The position numbers and the translations under genes were made by a program. Positions 1 through 9,590 of a DNA stretch of 64,000 bases are shown in pieces. The number at the start of each line of letters is the position of its first letter. Position 1 is the first letter of the stretch. Source of the DNA: an uncultured Collinsella sp. (GTDB lineage Bacteria > Actinomycetota > Coriobacteriia > Coriobacteriales > Coriobacteriaceae); the NCBI GenBank assembly GCA_900542945.1, contig UQPI01000001.1:6215-70214 (forward strand). The letters are read 5' to 3'. The notes under the pieces are model-generated. The model searched no databases. It was not told the origin of the DNA and saw only the letters and a list, made by a program, of their open reading frames with translations.

Positions 1-3000
1 CCCAACCCGTTTTATTGGACGAGTGACGGCTACGGCGTACTCCGAAACACGTTTGCAGAGGGTTCCTACGACTTCGGTTCCACGGACTCATCGACGGTCA
101 CGACTTTGCACAGCGAGAATGAGTTTGATGCCTACTACTTCGTGGCGACCAACGAGGGCGCTTCGAACGTGGCAACCGAGATGCTGCGGGACTACTACAA
201 GGTGACCGGTAACCCGGTACTGCTGCCCGAGTACGGGTTCTACCTTGGTCATCTTAATGCCTATAACCGTGACGGCTGGTCAACGACCTCGGGTCAAAAG
301 AAGTGGGAGACCAAGGGCAGCAAGTCCTCGAGCGAGAAGGGCGACGTTAAGTACGAGTCTGGCATGTCGACGGGCTACAAGCTCGACGGCACACTTGCGG
401 CCGAGACGCTCAACGGTGAGGGCCCTACGGTTGATACCGAGAACATGAAAGCGACCGATTTCGACCGCCAGTTCTCTGCTCGTCAGGTTATCGATGACTA
501 CGAGGACAACGACATGCCGCTCGGTTGGTTCCTGCCGAACGACGGCTACGGCGCCGGCTATGGCCAGAACGGTTACTACAAGACCGGCGGCGTCAACTCC
601 GACGGAACGAGCTCGGCTGACCGTCTTAACGCTGTGCGTGCCAATGTCGACAACCTTAAGAAGTTCACCGAGTATGCCAACTCCAAGGGTGTGAGCACGG
701 GCTTGTGGACCCAGTCCAACCTTGAGCCCGACAGCAACTCCGAGACCCCGTGGCACCTGCTTCGCGACTTCGACGCCGAGGTCAAGACGGGAGGCATCTC
801 TACCCTTAAGACCGACGTCGCCTGGGTTGGATCTGGCTACTCCTTTGGTCTTAATGGCATCAAGACAGCTTATGACACGGTGACGACCGGCGCCAACAAG
901 CGCCCCAACATCATCACACTCGATGGTTGGGCCGGCACGCAGCGCTTTGGCGGCATTTGGACCGGCGACCAGTATGGCGGTAACTGGGAGTACATTCGCT
1001 TCCATATCCCCACGTATATCGGTCAGAGTCTTTCAGGCAACCCCAACATCGGCTCCGACATGGACGGCATCTTTGGCGGCGACCCCATCATCTCTGCGCG
1101 TGACTACCAGTGGAAGACGTTCACGCCCTCTATGCTCGACATGGACGGTTGGGGCACCTACCGCAAATCGCCCATGACACACGGCGATCCCTACACAGGC
1201 ATCTCGCGCTTCTACCTCAAGCTCAAGGCGCAGCTCATGCCCTATATCTACACGAGCGCGGCCTCGGCGGCCAACATCGACACGGGTAACGGCGATGCCG
1301 GCCTGCCCATGATCCGCGCCATGCTGCTTTCCGACAACTCCGAGTACGCCGCAAGCACTTCGACGCAGTACCAGTATATGTTCGGTGAGAACTTCCTAGT
1401 GGCACCGGTGTATCAGGATACCCAGGCAGACGAGAACGGCAACGACATTCGCAATGGGATTTACCTCCCCAACTACGGCACCGACGAGAATCCCACCATC
1501 TGGATCGATTACTTCTCGGGTAAGCAGTATCGCGGCGGCCAGGTTCTCAACAACTACGAGGCTCCGCTTTGGAAGCTGCCGCTGTTTGCGAAGGCCAACG
1601 CTATCGTGCCGATGTACGCCGAGAACAACAACCCCGAGGCCGTGAGCGACACCAACACCAAGGGTACCGACCGCAGCCAGCGTATCGTCGAGTTCTTCGC
1701 CACCGAGGGCGACGGCACCTTTACGCAGTACGAGGACGACGGCTCCTCCATCGAGAACAACACGACTGAGGACGATTCCTACGGTACGATCGACAATATC
1801 TCCTACGGTGAGCATGTGAGCACCGTCTACAGATCCAAGGCCGCAGGCGGCACCGCGACCTTCACCGCCGAAGCCTCGCAGGGTGGCTACAACGGCTACG
1901 ACTCCAATCGCACCACGACCTTCGTGGCCAACGTGTCCGCCAAGCCCATGAGCGTCGTCGCCAAGAACGGCGGATCCGCGCTCAACGTGGTTGAGGTCGA
2001 CTCGCAGGAGACCTTTGACACCGCGACCCCCGAGGCCGGCCAGGCGGTCTACTTCTACAGCGAGACCCCTAACCTCAACCACTACGGCAGCGATGTGGAC
2101 GGCACCGAGGCCGAGCGGGGCGAGAGCTTTAACAACACCAAGATCACCACGAACCCCAAGGTCTACGTCAAGTTCGCGAAGACCGATGTTGCTGCGGCGG
2201 CGCAGACGCTCGAGCTGGGCGGTTTCGTGAACGCCGACGCCACGCTCACAGCCGATCGCCTCAACGAGAACCTCTCCGCACCCACGAACCTTGCTGCCCC
2301 CGAGGACGTCACGACCCCAACGAGCATCAAGCTCACCTGGGGAAAGGTCGATGGTGCTACCTCCTACGACCTTAAGGTCGACGGCACTGTGTTTGCCGTG
2401 GGTGATGCGGCCGAGTTCACGCACACCGACCTCGCCTACAATAGCAAGCACACCTACCAGATTCGTTCGCGCAACGCCGAGGGTTACTCCGCCTGGAGCG
2501 ATGTGCTCGAGGCGAACTCCGCACTCGATCCGTGGCGGAACGTCCCCGACGCCGAGGAAATCACCTGGGAGGGCTCACTTTACGGCAGCCATAAGGCCGA
2601 GCTTGCCTTCGACCATGAGTTCCAGTCGGGCGACGGCGGTTTCCACTCCGGTGGCAACGATCTAGGCAAGGCGCTTACCGTTGACTATGGACGCGCTTAC
2701 AAGCTCGATAAGCTCGAGTACTATCCGCGCGATGACGCCGGCAACGGCACTGTGACCAAGATGCGTGTTGAGACGAGTCTCGATGGCGTCCACTGGACGA
2801 GCCAGGAGGTCGATTGGGCACGTTCCGCTGATTGTAAGACGGTAGCGTTTGACGGCACCGTGGCCGCCCGTTACGTGCGCATGACACCGCTCGCCTCGGT
2901 CGGCAATTTCTTCTCCGCGTCCGAGATTGCCATCTACAAGACCGACGGCACGGATGGCTTCGCCGTGGGCTCCAACCTCAACAAGGCCACGATCTCCGAC

Positions 3001-5790
3001 GGAGACTACTCCAACATGAAGAACTATCTGGGCCTCGAGAACCGCGAGCCCGATACCCCGACGTTCGGTTCGCAGATCCGCGACCACTTCGCCGACCTCA
3101 ACGATAACGGCGTTTACGACGTCTACGATTACTCGTTCACCATGGCGGGTCTTGACGGCGGCACTAAACAAAAGGGCAAGGTCGCAGGTTCGCTCGCGGT
3201 GATTCCGAGCAAGACCGAGGTCGAGGCCGGTGATGAGATCACCGTTGATGTCTATGCGGCCGACGCCAAGAACGTCAACGCCCTGGGCGCTCTCGTCAAC
3301 TTCAAGAGCGACCAGTTCGAGTTTGTGTCCGAGAGCATCGCGCAGGACGGCTCGACTGCCGGCATGGAGAACCTGTCTCGCGAGAAGGTCCAGTTCGCGG
3401 ACAGAACGCAGACTATCAATCTCGCCTTTGCCAACCGCGGCGATGGCAAGCTCTACAACGGTACCGGCGCGGTGGCGAGTTTCAAGCTCAAGGCCAAGAC
3501 CGCCGGCAAGGTCGAACTGCCCTCGACATCTTGGCTCATCGGTCCGGCATGCGACGCACTTGAGTTTGCGAGCGACGGCACGGTGACGATACCGGATGTT
3601 CCTCAGCCAACGGTCGCCGAGTACGGTCAGGATGCCTTCAACATCACGATGACCAACGATGAGCTCACGACCGACGACGGGACCAACGTCGAGAAACTTA
3701 TCCAGCAGAAGAGCTATAACGCGCTGTTCGATAATAACGAGGGCGACAACGGCTTTGAGTTCCTATGGAACTGGAGCGGCAACTGGGACAGCGAGGGTAA
3801 GCTTCCGAGTTACGTGAAGCTTCCCACCACGATGACATTCGCATTTAAGACGCCGTCGAAACTCGATAGTGTCGAGGTCGTTAACCGCAACGGTGGCAAC
3901 GGAACCGTGCAGAAGATCAAGGCTGTCGTGACGTTCGAGGATGGCTCGACCCAAGAGTTCGCGGGCGGGGAGTACGATTCCTTCCGGGCTCGCTACGCCT
4001 TTGGCCTCTCTGCCGAGAACAAGGGCAAGAAGGCGACCAAGGTCGAGGTCACGCCGCTTGAGGCATCGGGTGACCAGATGCTCACACTGCGTGAGGTCAA
4101 CTTCAACTACACGCAGGGTGTCGAGGCCATCGAGGGTGTCGAGCTAGGCAAGAACCAGACCGAGTTCTTTGAAGGCGACGTTACGCTCGTCGACGCCAAG
4201 GCCACGCCTGAGAGCGCCGGCTACCCCTATGTGACGGTCGAGAGCTCCGACCCCTCTGTGGTAAGCGTCTCCGCTGTTCAGGCTGGCGATAGCGTGAGCT
4301 ACTACCTGCGTGCCAACAAGGCCGGCAAGGCAAAGATCACGGTGGCGTCGGTACTCGACCCCTCCAAGACCGCATCCTATGAGGTCGAGGTCAAGGCTGG
4401 TGTCGATACCTCTGCGCTCGTGGCAGCGCTTTCCAAGGCCGCGGGCTACAGCGAGTCCGTCTACACTAAGGATTCCTATGCAGCTCTCACCACTGCGGTC
4501 GAGGCGGCTCAGAAGCTCCTCGACGGCGGCCAAGGCAGCTATAGCAAGAAGGATGTCGCAGACGCCACAGTCAAGATCGAGAAGGCAATCGACGGCCTCA
4601 AGATGCGCCCTGTCGATGAGAAGATTCTCATCAACACGCCCGAGAACCGCAAGAACGTCAAGGTGGCCCGCTTCTCGAGTGAGGCCGACTACGAGGGCAG
4701 CAACGCCGTCAACGCTCTCGACGGCGACGAGCGGACGCTTTGGCACAGCGACTGGGCCCATGGGACCGGTATGCCCCAGTATCTGAGTGTCGACCTGGGC
4801 CGCGACTACGATCTCACCGACGTTACATTCCTGCCGCGCCAGGACGGCGGCACTAACGGCGATATCTTCGAGGCCGAGATACTGGTCTCCGACACTGCCG
4901 ACGGTTATGAGATGGGCACCGCCGCGTCGATGGGTACGTTCGCCTTCGACAACGACGGCCGCGTGCTCACCGACCGTGGCGACTGGAAACAGATGAGCTT
5001 TGGCGCCGCGCGCGGTCGCTACGTGACCGTCAAGGTGATTCACGCCGGCGGAGGCGACGTTGATGCCTACTGCAGCATGGCAGAGCTCAAGTTCTACGGT
5101 ACGGCCGTCCCCGATCCGGTGGCGAAGGATGATCTCGCTACCGCGATCGAAAAGGTTGATGCCGAGGTTGCTGCCGGCGACCTCAAGGCCGGTGACTACA
5201 CCGAGGCCTCCTGGACGGCGCTCGAGAACGCCCTGGCGAGCGCCCGCGCCATCTTGAGCGACGAGAACGCCACGCAGGACGAGGTCGACCATGCGCTCAG
5301 AGCGCTCGAGAGCGCCCGCGGCGCGCTCGAGAAGACCCCGGTGGCCCCGGTCGAGAATCCGACTAAGAAGCAGCTCAAGGCCCTGGTCAAGCAGGCGAAG
5401 GAGACTGACACCAGGGGCAAGACGGCCGAGTCTGTCAAGGTCCTGACGGATGCCATTACCTACGCCGAGGACGTCTTGGGTGATGAGAATGCTTCCGACA
5501 CCCAGATCCAGGCGGCCTATGGCCAGCTCAAGCTGGCCATTGAGAGCCTCAAGGATGCCGATTCCGGCAACCAGGGCGGCTCGGGCAACCAGGGTTCCGG
5601 CAATGGCTCGAACGGCGGCAACCAGGCGGGCAAGCCCGCAGGCGACAAGGCCCAGGGCAGCAAGAAGAACGGTTCGGCGATTCCCAATACCGGAGACCAG
5701 ACGGCGGCGACCGTCGCGACCGTCGGTGGTCTTGGCGCCATCATCGCCGCAATCGGCGCTTTCTTCCATCGTCGCAGCAAGGCTAAGTAG
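1..5790 (+). CDS. Large cell-wall-anchored multidomain glycoside hydrolase, 5' partial (GH31-like, possibly alpha-N-acetylgalactosaminidase type), with FN3, two F5/8-type-C (CBM32-like) and FIVAR modules and an LPXTG-like IPNTG sortase anchor
   Basis: Frame 1 is open from base 1 with no signal peptide at the first Met, so the gene continues upstream of the window. The motif GGIWTGDQYGGNWEYIRFHIPTYIGQSLSGNPNIGSDMDGIFGG fits the GH31 acid/base region (HWTGDN...GxDIxGF). F5/8 discoidin signatures are present (NALDGDERTLWHSDW...). An FN3 module is present (LTWGKVDGATSYDLKVDG). FIVAR-like helical repeats are present. The C-terminus is IPNTG, then a hydrophobic stretch, then RRSKAK, a sortase sorting signal. 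Confidence 0.7.
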   Translation, partial: PNPFYWTSDGYGVLRNTFAEGSYDFGSTDSSTVTTLHSENEFDAYYFVATNEGASNVATEMLRDYYKVTGNPVLLPEYGFYLGHLNAYNRDGWSTTSGQKKWETKGSKSSSEKGDVKYESGMSTGYKLDGTLAAETLNGEGPTVDTENMKATDFDRQFSARQVIDDYEDNDMPLGWFLPNDGYGAGYGQNGYYKTGGVNSDGTSSADRLNAVRANVDNLKKFTEYANSKGVSTGLWTQSNLEPDSNSETPWHLLRDFDAEVKTGGISTLKTDVAWVGSGYSFGLNGIKTAYDTVTTGANKRPNIITLDGWAGTQRFGGIWTGDQYGGNWEYIRFHIPTYIGQSLSGNPNIGSDMDGIFGGDPIISARDYQWKTFTPSMLDMDGWGTYRKSPMTHGDPYTGISRFYLKLKAQLMPYIYTSAASAANIDTGNGDAGLPMIRAMLLSDNSEYAASTSTQYQYMFGENFLVAPVYQDTQADENGNDIRNGIYLPNYGTDENPTIWIDYFSGKQYRGGQVLNNYEAPLWKLPLFAKANAIVPMYAENNNPEAVSDTNTKGTDRSQRIVEFFATEGDGTFTQYEDDGSSIENNTTEDDSYGTIDNISYGEHVSTVYRSKAAGGTATFTAEASQGGYNGYDSNRTTTFVANVSAKPMSVVAKNGGSALNVVEVDSQETFDTATPEAGQAVYFYSETPNLNHYGSDVDGTEAERGESFNNTKITTNPKVYVKFAKTDVAAAAQTLELGGFVNADATLTADRLNENLSAPTNLAAPEDVTTPTSIKLTWGKVDGATSYDLKVDGTVFAVGDAAEFTHTDLAYNSKHTYQIRSRNAEGYSAWSDVLEANSALDPWRNVPDAEEITWEGSLYGSHKAELAFDHEFQSGDGGFHSGGNDLGKALTVDYGRAYKLDKLEYYPRDDAGNGTVTKMRVETSLDGVHWTSQEVDWARSADCKTVAFDGTVAARYVRMTPLASVGNFFSASEIAIYKTDGTDGFAVGSNLNKATISDGDYSNMKNYLGLENREPDTPTFGSQIRDHFADLNDNGVYDVYDYSFTMAGLDGGTKQKGKVAGSLAVIPSKTEVEAGDEITVDVYAADAKNVNALGALVNFKSDQFEFVSESIAQDGSTAGMENLSREKVQFADRTQTINLAFANRGDGKLYNGTGAVASFKLKAKTAGKVELPSTSWLIGPACDALEFASDGTVTIPDVPQPTVAEYGQDAFNITMTNDELTTDDGTNVEKLIQQKSYNALFDNNEGDNGFEFLWNWSGNWDSEGKLPSYVKLPTTMTFAFKTPSKLDSVEVVNRNGGNGTVQKIKAVVTFEDGSTQEFAGGEYDSFRARYAFGLSAENKGKKATKVEVTPLEASGDQMLTLREVNFNYTQGVEAIEGVELGKNQTEFFEGDVTLVDAKATPESAGYPYVTVESSDPSVVSVSAVQAGDSVSYYLRANKAGKAKITVASVLDPSKTASYEVEVKAGVDTSALVAALSKAAGYSESVYTKDSYAALTTAVEAAQKLLDGGQGSYSKKDVADATVKIEKAIDGLKMRPVDEKILINTPENRKNVKVARFSSEADYEGSNAVNALDGDERTLWHSDWAHGTGMPQYLSVDLGRDYDLTDVTFLPRQDGGTNGDIFEAEILVSDTADGYEMGTAASMGTFAFDNDGRVLTDRGDWKQMSFGAARGRYVTVKVIHAGGGDVDAYCSMAELKFYGTAVPDPVAKDDLATAIEKVDAEVAAGDLKAGDYTEASWTALENALASARAILSDENATQDEVDHALRALESARGALEKTPVAPVENPTKKQLKALVKQAKETDTRGKTAESVKVLTDAITYAEDVLGDENASDTQIQAAYGQLKLAIESLKDADSGNQGGSGNQGSGNGSNGGNQAGKPAGDKAQGSKKNGSAIPNTGDQTAATVATVGGLGAIIAAIGAFFHRRSKAK

Positions 5791-5807
5791 CCCCAGCAAC
5801 AGCTAAG

Positions 5808-5851
5808 CAAGCGTGCCCGCCGTCCCACCCAAGGACGGTGGGCACGCTTTT
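5808..5851 (+). terminator. Rho-independent terminator of the glycosidase gene
   Basis: GC-rich hairpin AAGCGTGCCC...GGGCACGC followed by TTTTT. Confidence 0.7.
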
Positions 5852-6007
5852 TGAATGTAGGCGGAAAGCTCCGACCCTTCGGCCTTAATCTCGCAAAGCG
5901 TTCCGTCTCCCGCCGAACACATCAGCATCGGCGGCTATACTTGAATTATTTGCAGTTAAGGGTCGCGGATTCGCCGCGTCACCGCTCTCAACAGGAGGTC
6001 TTTGTTT

Positions 6008-6472
6008 ATGGCAGATCAAAAGCCGGTTGTCGGGATCATCATGGGCTCCAAGTCCGATCTGGGTGTTATGGAAGGCTGCACCGCCGAGCTCGAGGCGCTC
6101 GGTGTGCCCTATGAGCTCGTCATTGCGAGCGCACACCGCACGCCGGCGAAGGTCCACGAGTGGGCCTCGACTGCCGCCGATCGCGGTATCAAAGTGATTA
6201 TCGCCGCCGCCGGCAAGGCTGCTCACCTGGGTGGTGTCGTGGCTGCCTTTACGCCGCTGCCGGTTATCGGTGTGCCTATGAAGACGAGTGACCTGGGCGG
6301 TATGGATTCGCTGCTGTCGATGGTGCAGATGCCTTCGGGCGTACCCGTGGCCTGCGTTGCCATCAACGGCGCCAAGAATGCCGCCATCTATGCCACGCAG
6401 ATCTTGGGCGCATGCGACCCCGAGTACCGCAAGGTTATCGAGAAGATGAAGCAGGAGATGGCTGACGCCTAG
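6008..6472 (+). CDS. purE: N5-carboxyaminoimidazole ribonucleotide mutase
   Basis: VVGIIMGSKSDLGVMEGC...IAAAGKAAHLGGVVAAFTPLPVIGVP are PurE signature segments. AGGAGG lies 9 nt upstream of the ATG at 6008. The ORF track begins at the TTG at 6002. Confidence 0.9.
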   Translation: MADQKPVVGIIMGSKSDLGVMEGCTAELEALGVPYELVIASAHRTPAKVHEWASTAADRGIKVIIAAAGKAAHLGGVVAAFTPLPVIGVPMKTSDLGGMDSLLSMVQMPSGVPVACVAINGAKNAAIYATQILGACDPEYRKVIEKMKQEMADA

Positions 6473-6507
6473 GCGTTCCGCCGTTTCACCGCAGTATAAG
6501 GAGAGCC

Positions 6508-7506
6508 ATGTCCGACTATCAGGGAAAACGATTCAAGGCTTCTCAGATTCCCGATCCGTCGAAGCCGGGTGCTGCCCATGCGGCACAGCAGGGTCGGACA
6601 TCCTCTCCTCAGCAGCCGCGCACGCCGCGCCCCGTGACACCGGCGACGCATCGTCGACAGGACGCGCCGGCCGCATATCGACCTTCATCTTATAGCACCG
6701 CTAAGAAGCCGCCCCGGTCTTCATCGCATGCCACGCCGTCGGATTACACCGAGTCGCCGCGTAAAAAGCGCCGCTCCATCATTCCTATTCTGCTCATCAT
6801 CGTGGGCATCGGTCTGATTGTTGCCGCCGCTGCCATCTTTATCAATGCCCAGATTGGCTATAAGCAGGCGAGCGATTCGTATCAGAAAATCGAGAAGCAA
6901 TATGTAAGCGATAAGGACGCCAGCGGCGTGCCGATTATCGACTTTGATGCACTTGCTCAGACGAACCCCGAGATTGTGGGTTGGATTTACGTGCCGGGAA
7001 CCAACATCAACTATCCCGTGGTGCAGACCAACAACAACTCCAAATACCTCAACACGCTGTTCGACGGAACGGCTAACGCGTCCGGTGCCATTTTCCTGGA
7101 TAGCGATGACACCGCGCCGGGAATGGTCGACCAGCAGACCACGATCTACGGCCACCATATGAACGACGGATCGATGTTCAACGTGATTTCGGACACCACT
7201 GATCAGGCGACGTTCGATAGCATCGAGTTTGTGTACTACATCACGCGCGATGCGACGTATAAGCTGCGTCCGCTGGCGACCAAGGTGGTCGAGGACACGT
7301 ATGCCAAGGCGCGCACGACCAATTTTGAGGGCGACGACGGACTCAAGAACTACCTGTCCGAGATGCTCGACGGCGCTTCCGCCGTGGCGAGTGATGCTAC
7401 CGATCGTGCCGCTTCGGCAACTAAGGTTGTAACGCTTGTGACCTGTCGTTCGCTGTCGCTGAGCAACACACGCGCCGTCATGGTGCTCACGCCGGTCGAG
7501 GAATAA
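6508..7506 (+). CDS. Class B-type sortase with proline-rich cytoplasmic tail and N-terminal TM anchor
   Basis: VGWIYVPGTNINYPVVQTNNNSKYL, IYGHHM and the catalytic TLVTC motif match SrtB-family architecture. RBS AAGGAG is present. Confidence 0.75.
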   Translation: MSDYQGKRFKASQIPDPSKPGAAHAAQQGRTSSPQQPRTPRPVTPATHRRQDAPAAYRPSSYSTAKKPPRSSSHATPSDYTESPRKKRRSIIPILLIIVGIGLIVAAAAIFINAQIGYKQASDSYQKIEKQYVSDKDASGVPIIDFDALAQTNPEIVGWIYVPGTNINYPVVQTNNNSKYLNTLFDGTANASGAIFLDSDDTAPGMVDQQTTIYGHHMNDGSMFNVISDTTDQATFDSIEFVYYITRDATYKLRPLATKVVEDTYAKARTTNFEGDDGLKNYLSEMLDGASAVASDATDRAASATKVVTLVTCRSLSLSNTRAVMVLTPVEE

Positions 7507-7545
7507 GTTGTTCGAGAGTAGCTAATTTGGGACGGTAAGGGAGAA

Positions 7546-7965
7546 ATGATGCTTGAAAGTGGCAAATCGATGCCTTCGGTCGATTCGTGGCTGCGCGAAG
7601 CTAAGGCCGATGCTTCGGCGGCTGGCTGCGGCATGTACCTGACACACAATGGCGTGGTGCGCGCAACGCCCAAATCCGAGGCACGCGGCATCGAGACCGA
7701 TGGCGTGGCGCCTGGACACAGGGTGGGCGGCATGGTGTTTGGCTTCGATGCCGAAAAGGTGCAGGCCGCTATCGAGGCAACGCGCGCGATGCCGGGTATT
7801 GGCTATGTGCGCGTGTGGCTGGCGAGCGGCGAGCTTACCGTGGGCGACGACATCATGCTTGTGCTCATTGGCGGGGACATTCGCCCGCACGTGGTCGATG
7901 CGCTGCAGGCGCTCGTCGGTACCATCAAAAATGAGTGTGTGAGCGAGGTCGAGCGCGAGGCATAG
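7546..7965 (+). CDS. MoaE-like protein (molybdopterin synthase catalytic subunit-like)
   Basis: Pattern G.VR near the N-terminus and GELTVGDDIMLVLIGGDIRPHVVDALQ...IKNE resemble the MoaE core (GEL..GD.IV.V....HR). No moaD is adjacent. Confidence 0.4.
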   Translation: MMLESGKSMPSVDSWLREAKADASAAGCGMYLTHNGVVRATPKSEARGIETDGVAPGHRVGGMVFGFDAEKVQAAIEATRAMPGIGYVRVWLASGELTVGDDIMLVLIGGDIRPHVVDALQALVGTIKNECVSEVEREA

Positions 7966-8075
7966 GCTCCGACCGTCGCAAGCCATCGATAGGAAGCATG
8001 GGCCCGCTGGCAGCTCAGGATGAACTGCCAGCGGGCTTTCTTATGCATGGGGATGATTTGAGCCGGTGTTGGACA

Positions 8076-9305
8076 CTACACGCGGGTGGCATCCTTGGGA
8101 CTCATGGTCATACTCTGGAAACGGTTTTCCATGTACTCGTTATCGAAATACTTGCCGTAGAACTGCGCGACGGGAATATCCGGCTCCGTGCCGTTGACGC
8201 GCTGGTACCAGTAGTCGAGCGACTGCAGCGTCATGACGCCGTCGACCAGCATAATGACGGTAAAGATGACGGTAGCCGAGTAGCGGCTCTTCCACGGAAT
8301 CATGTTGATGAGCTTGAGCAGCCTCGGCAACAGCAGCTTGATCCAGATAAGGCCACCCAGGCCCCACAGGCAGGCAAAGCCCGTGCAGGTGCGTCCGCCC
8401 GTAAGGACGGCGAGTGGGTCGGGCATGCCGAACAGCTTCATGTGCGAGTAGCTCCACGAGACCACGCCAAATGAGGTCTGCATAAACCAGCCCACGAACA
8501 CCTCAAAGCTCGCGCCGAGCACAGCGCTTACCAGGAAAATGATGATGGGGTTCTTTTTATAGAAGCGGTTGAGCACCATGGTCATGAGTACGGCGCCAAA
8601 GCCATAGATGGGGCTGAAGGGACCAAACAGCATGCCGGCGCGGTTCTGGTAGACGCCCGGGTCGTCGACTGTCATATGCCAGATGTCCTCGGCGATCAGG
8701 CCGAGCACGCAGCAGACGAAGAATACCCAGAACAGGTTGAAGTAGTTGAGCTTGATGTAGCCCTCGCCGGTTTCATCGCGGCCGAGCATGCCCTCCGCCG
8801 CGGCGTCACGGTCGAGCATCTCCTGCAGGCGGCGCTGCAGTTCGCGCTCCTGGCGCAGCGTGGGGTCGACGGTTGCCGAAAGTGCAACGAGGATGCCGAG
8901 CTGGATCGCAGGACGCAGCAGGAAGGGCCCGATGCCCTGGAGCATCACGTCGACCAAAAGCTCGACGACGGTGAATGCAATAAGGATGTAGGACAGGCGG
9001 GCGGCGTTGCGGCGCTGGTTTTTGATAAGGTCCAGGCCAAAGATGATCAGGATGACGGCACTTGCCGCAGAGAGCATGATGCCGGCGACGATGAGTCCAA
9101 CCGAGACCAGCATATTGTCGCCGAGCTTTTCGGCGGCGTTGCCGTTGATGAGCGCGGTGATGACCTGCCACATAAAGGCAGCGACCGACGGGAGTGTGCC
9201 CACGCCGGATAGGATGCACAGGACGGCGTACACCTTAATGATGAGGGGGATCTTCTTGACCTCCGTGGCGCTGGGGACGCTGGGGTCGAGTTCGTTTCGA
9301 TCCAT
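8076..9305 (-). CDS. Polytopic membrane protein; C-terminal half resembles the putative ABC-transporter type IV family (PF06541-like)
   Basis: Multiple TM helices. The FWVFFVCCVLGLIAEDIW segment fits the F..YSF.GW..E hallmark of PF06541. Confidence 0.4.
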   Translation of the reverse strand: MDRNELDPSVPSATEVKKIPLIIKVYAVLCILSGVGTLPSVAAFMWQVITALINGNAAEKLGDNMLVSVGLIVAGIMLSAASAVILIIFGLDLIKNQRRNAARLSYILIAFTVVELLVDVMLQGIGPFLLRPAIQLGILVALSATVDPTLRQERELQRRLQEMLDRDAAAEGMLGRDETGEGYIKLNYFNLFWVFFVCCVLGLIAEDIWHMTVDDPGVYQNRAGMLFGPFSPIYGFGAVLMTMVLNRFYKKNPIIIFLVSAVLGASFEVFVGWFMQTSFGVVSWSYSHMKLFGMPDPLAVLTGGRTCTGFACLWGLGGLIWIKLLLPRLLKLINMIPWKSRYSATVIFTVIMLVDGVMTLQSLDYWYQRVNGTEPDIPVAQFYGKYFDNEYMENRFQSMTMSPKDATRV

Positions 9306-9590
9306 ACAGAACCTTTCTCGCTTTGTTGTCGGTTATAAGGATACGCCGCCGACCTGCCAAAAGACAGGACGAACGTCCCAATTGCAACTTTGTAATCCCC
9401 AACGGCGGACGCGGCGGCCATCTGGGGGCGCGGGCGCTTGCGCTGGACAGACCGATAAAATGTTTGGCCGCAAAACGGATTATTAGCTCGGTGGGCTTTT
9501 AAAAAGCGCTGCTCATGCGCTGGGGAGCGCGTCGCACCGTGCGTATAATAAGGCGGGTAACGCCAAAATACGAGGCTCTGAGGGGATGCC

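Noticed and set aside
5900-6007. Purine/ZTP riboswitch upstream of purE
   Set aside because: GGGTCGCGG loosely resembles the ZTP P1 motif, but the leader is too short and lacks the pseudoknot partner CCGCCTGGGCA. It cannot be supported by eye.
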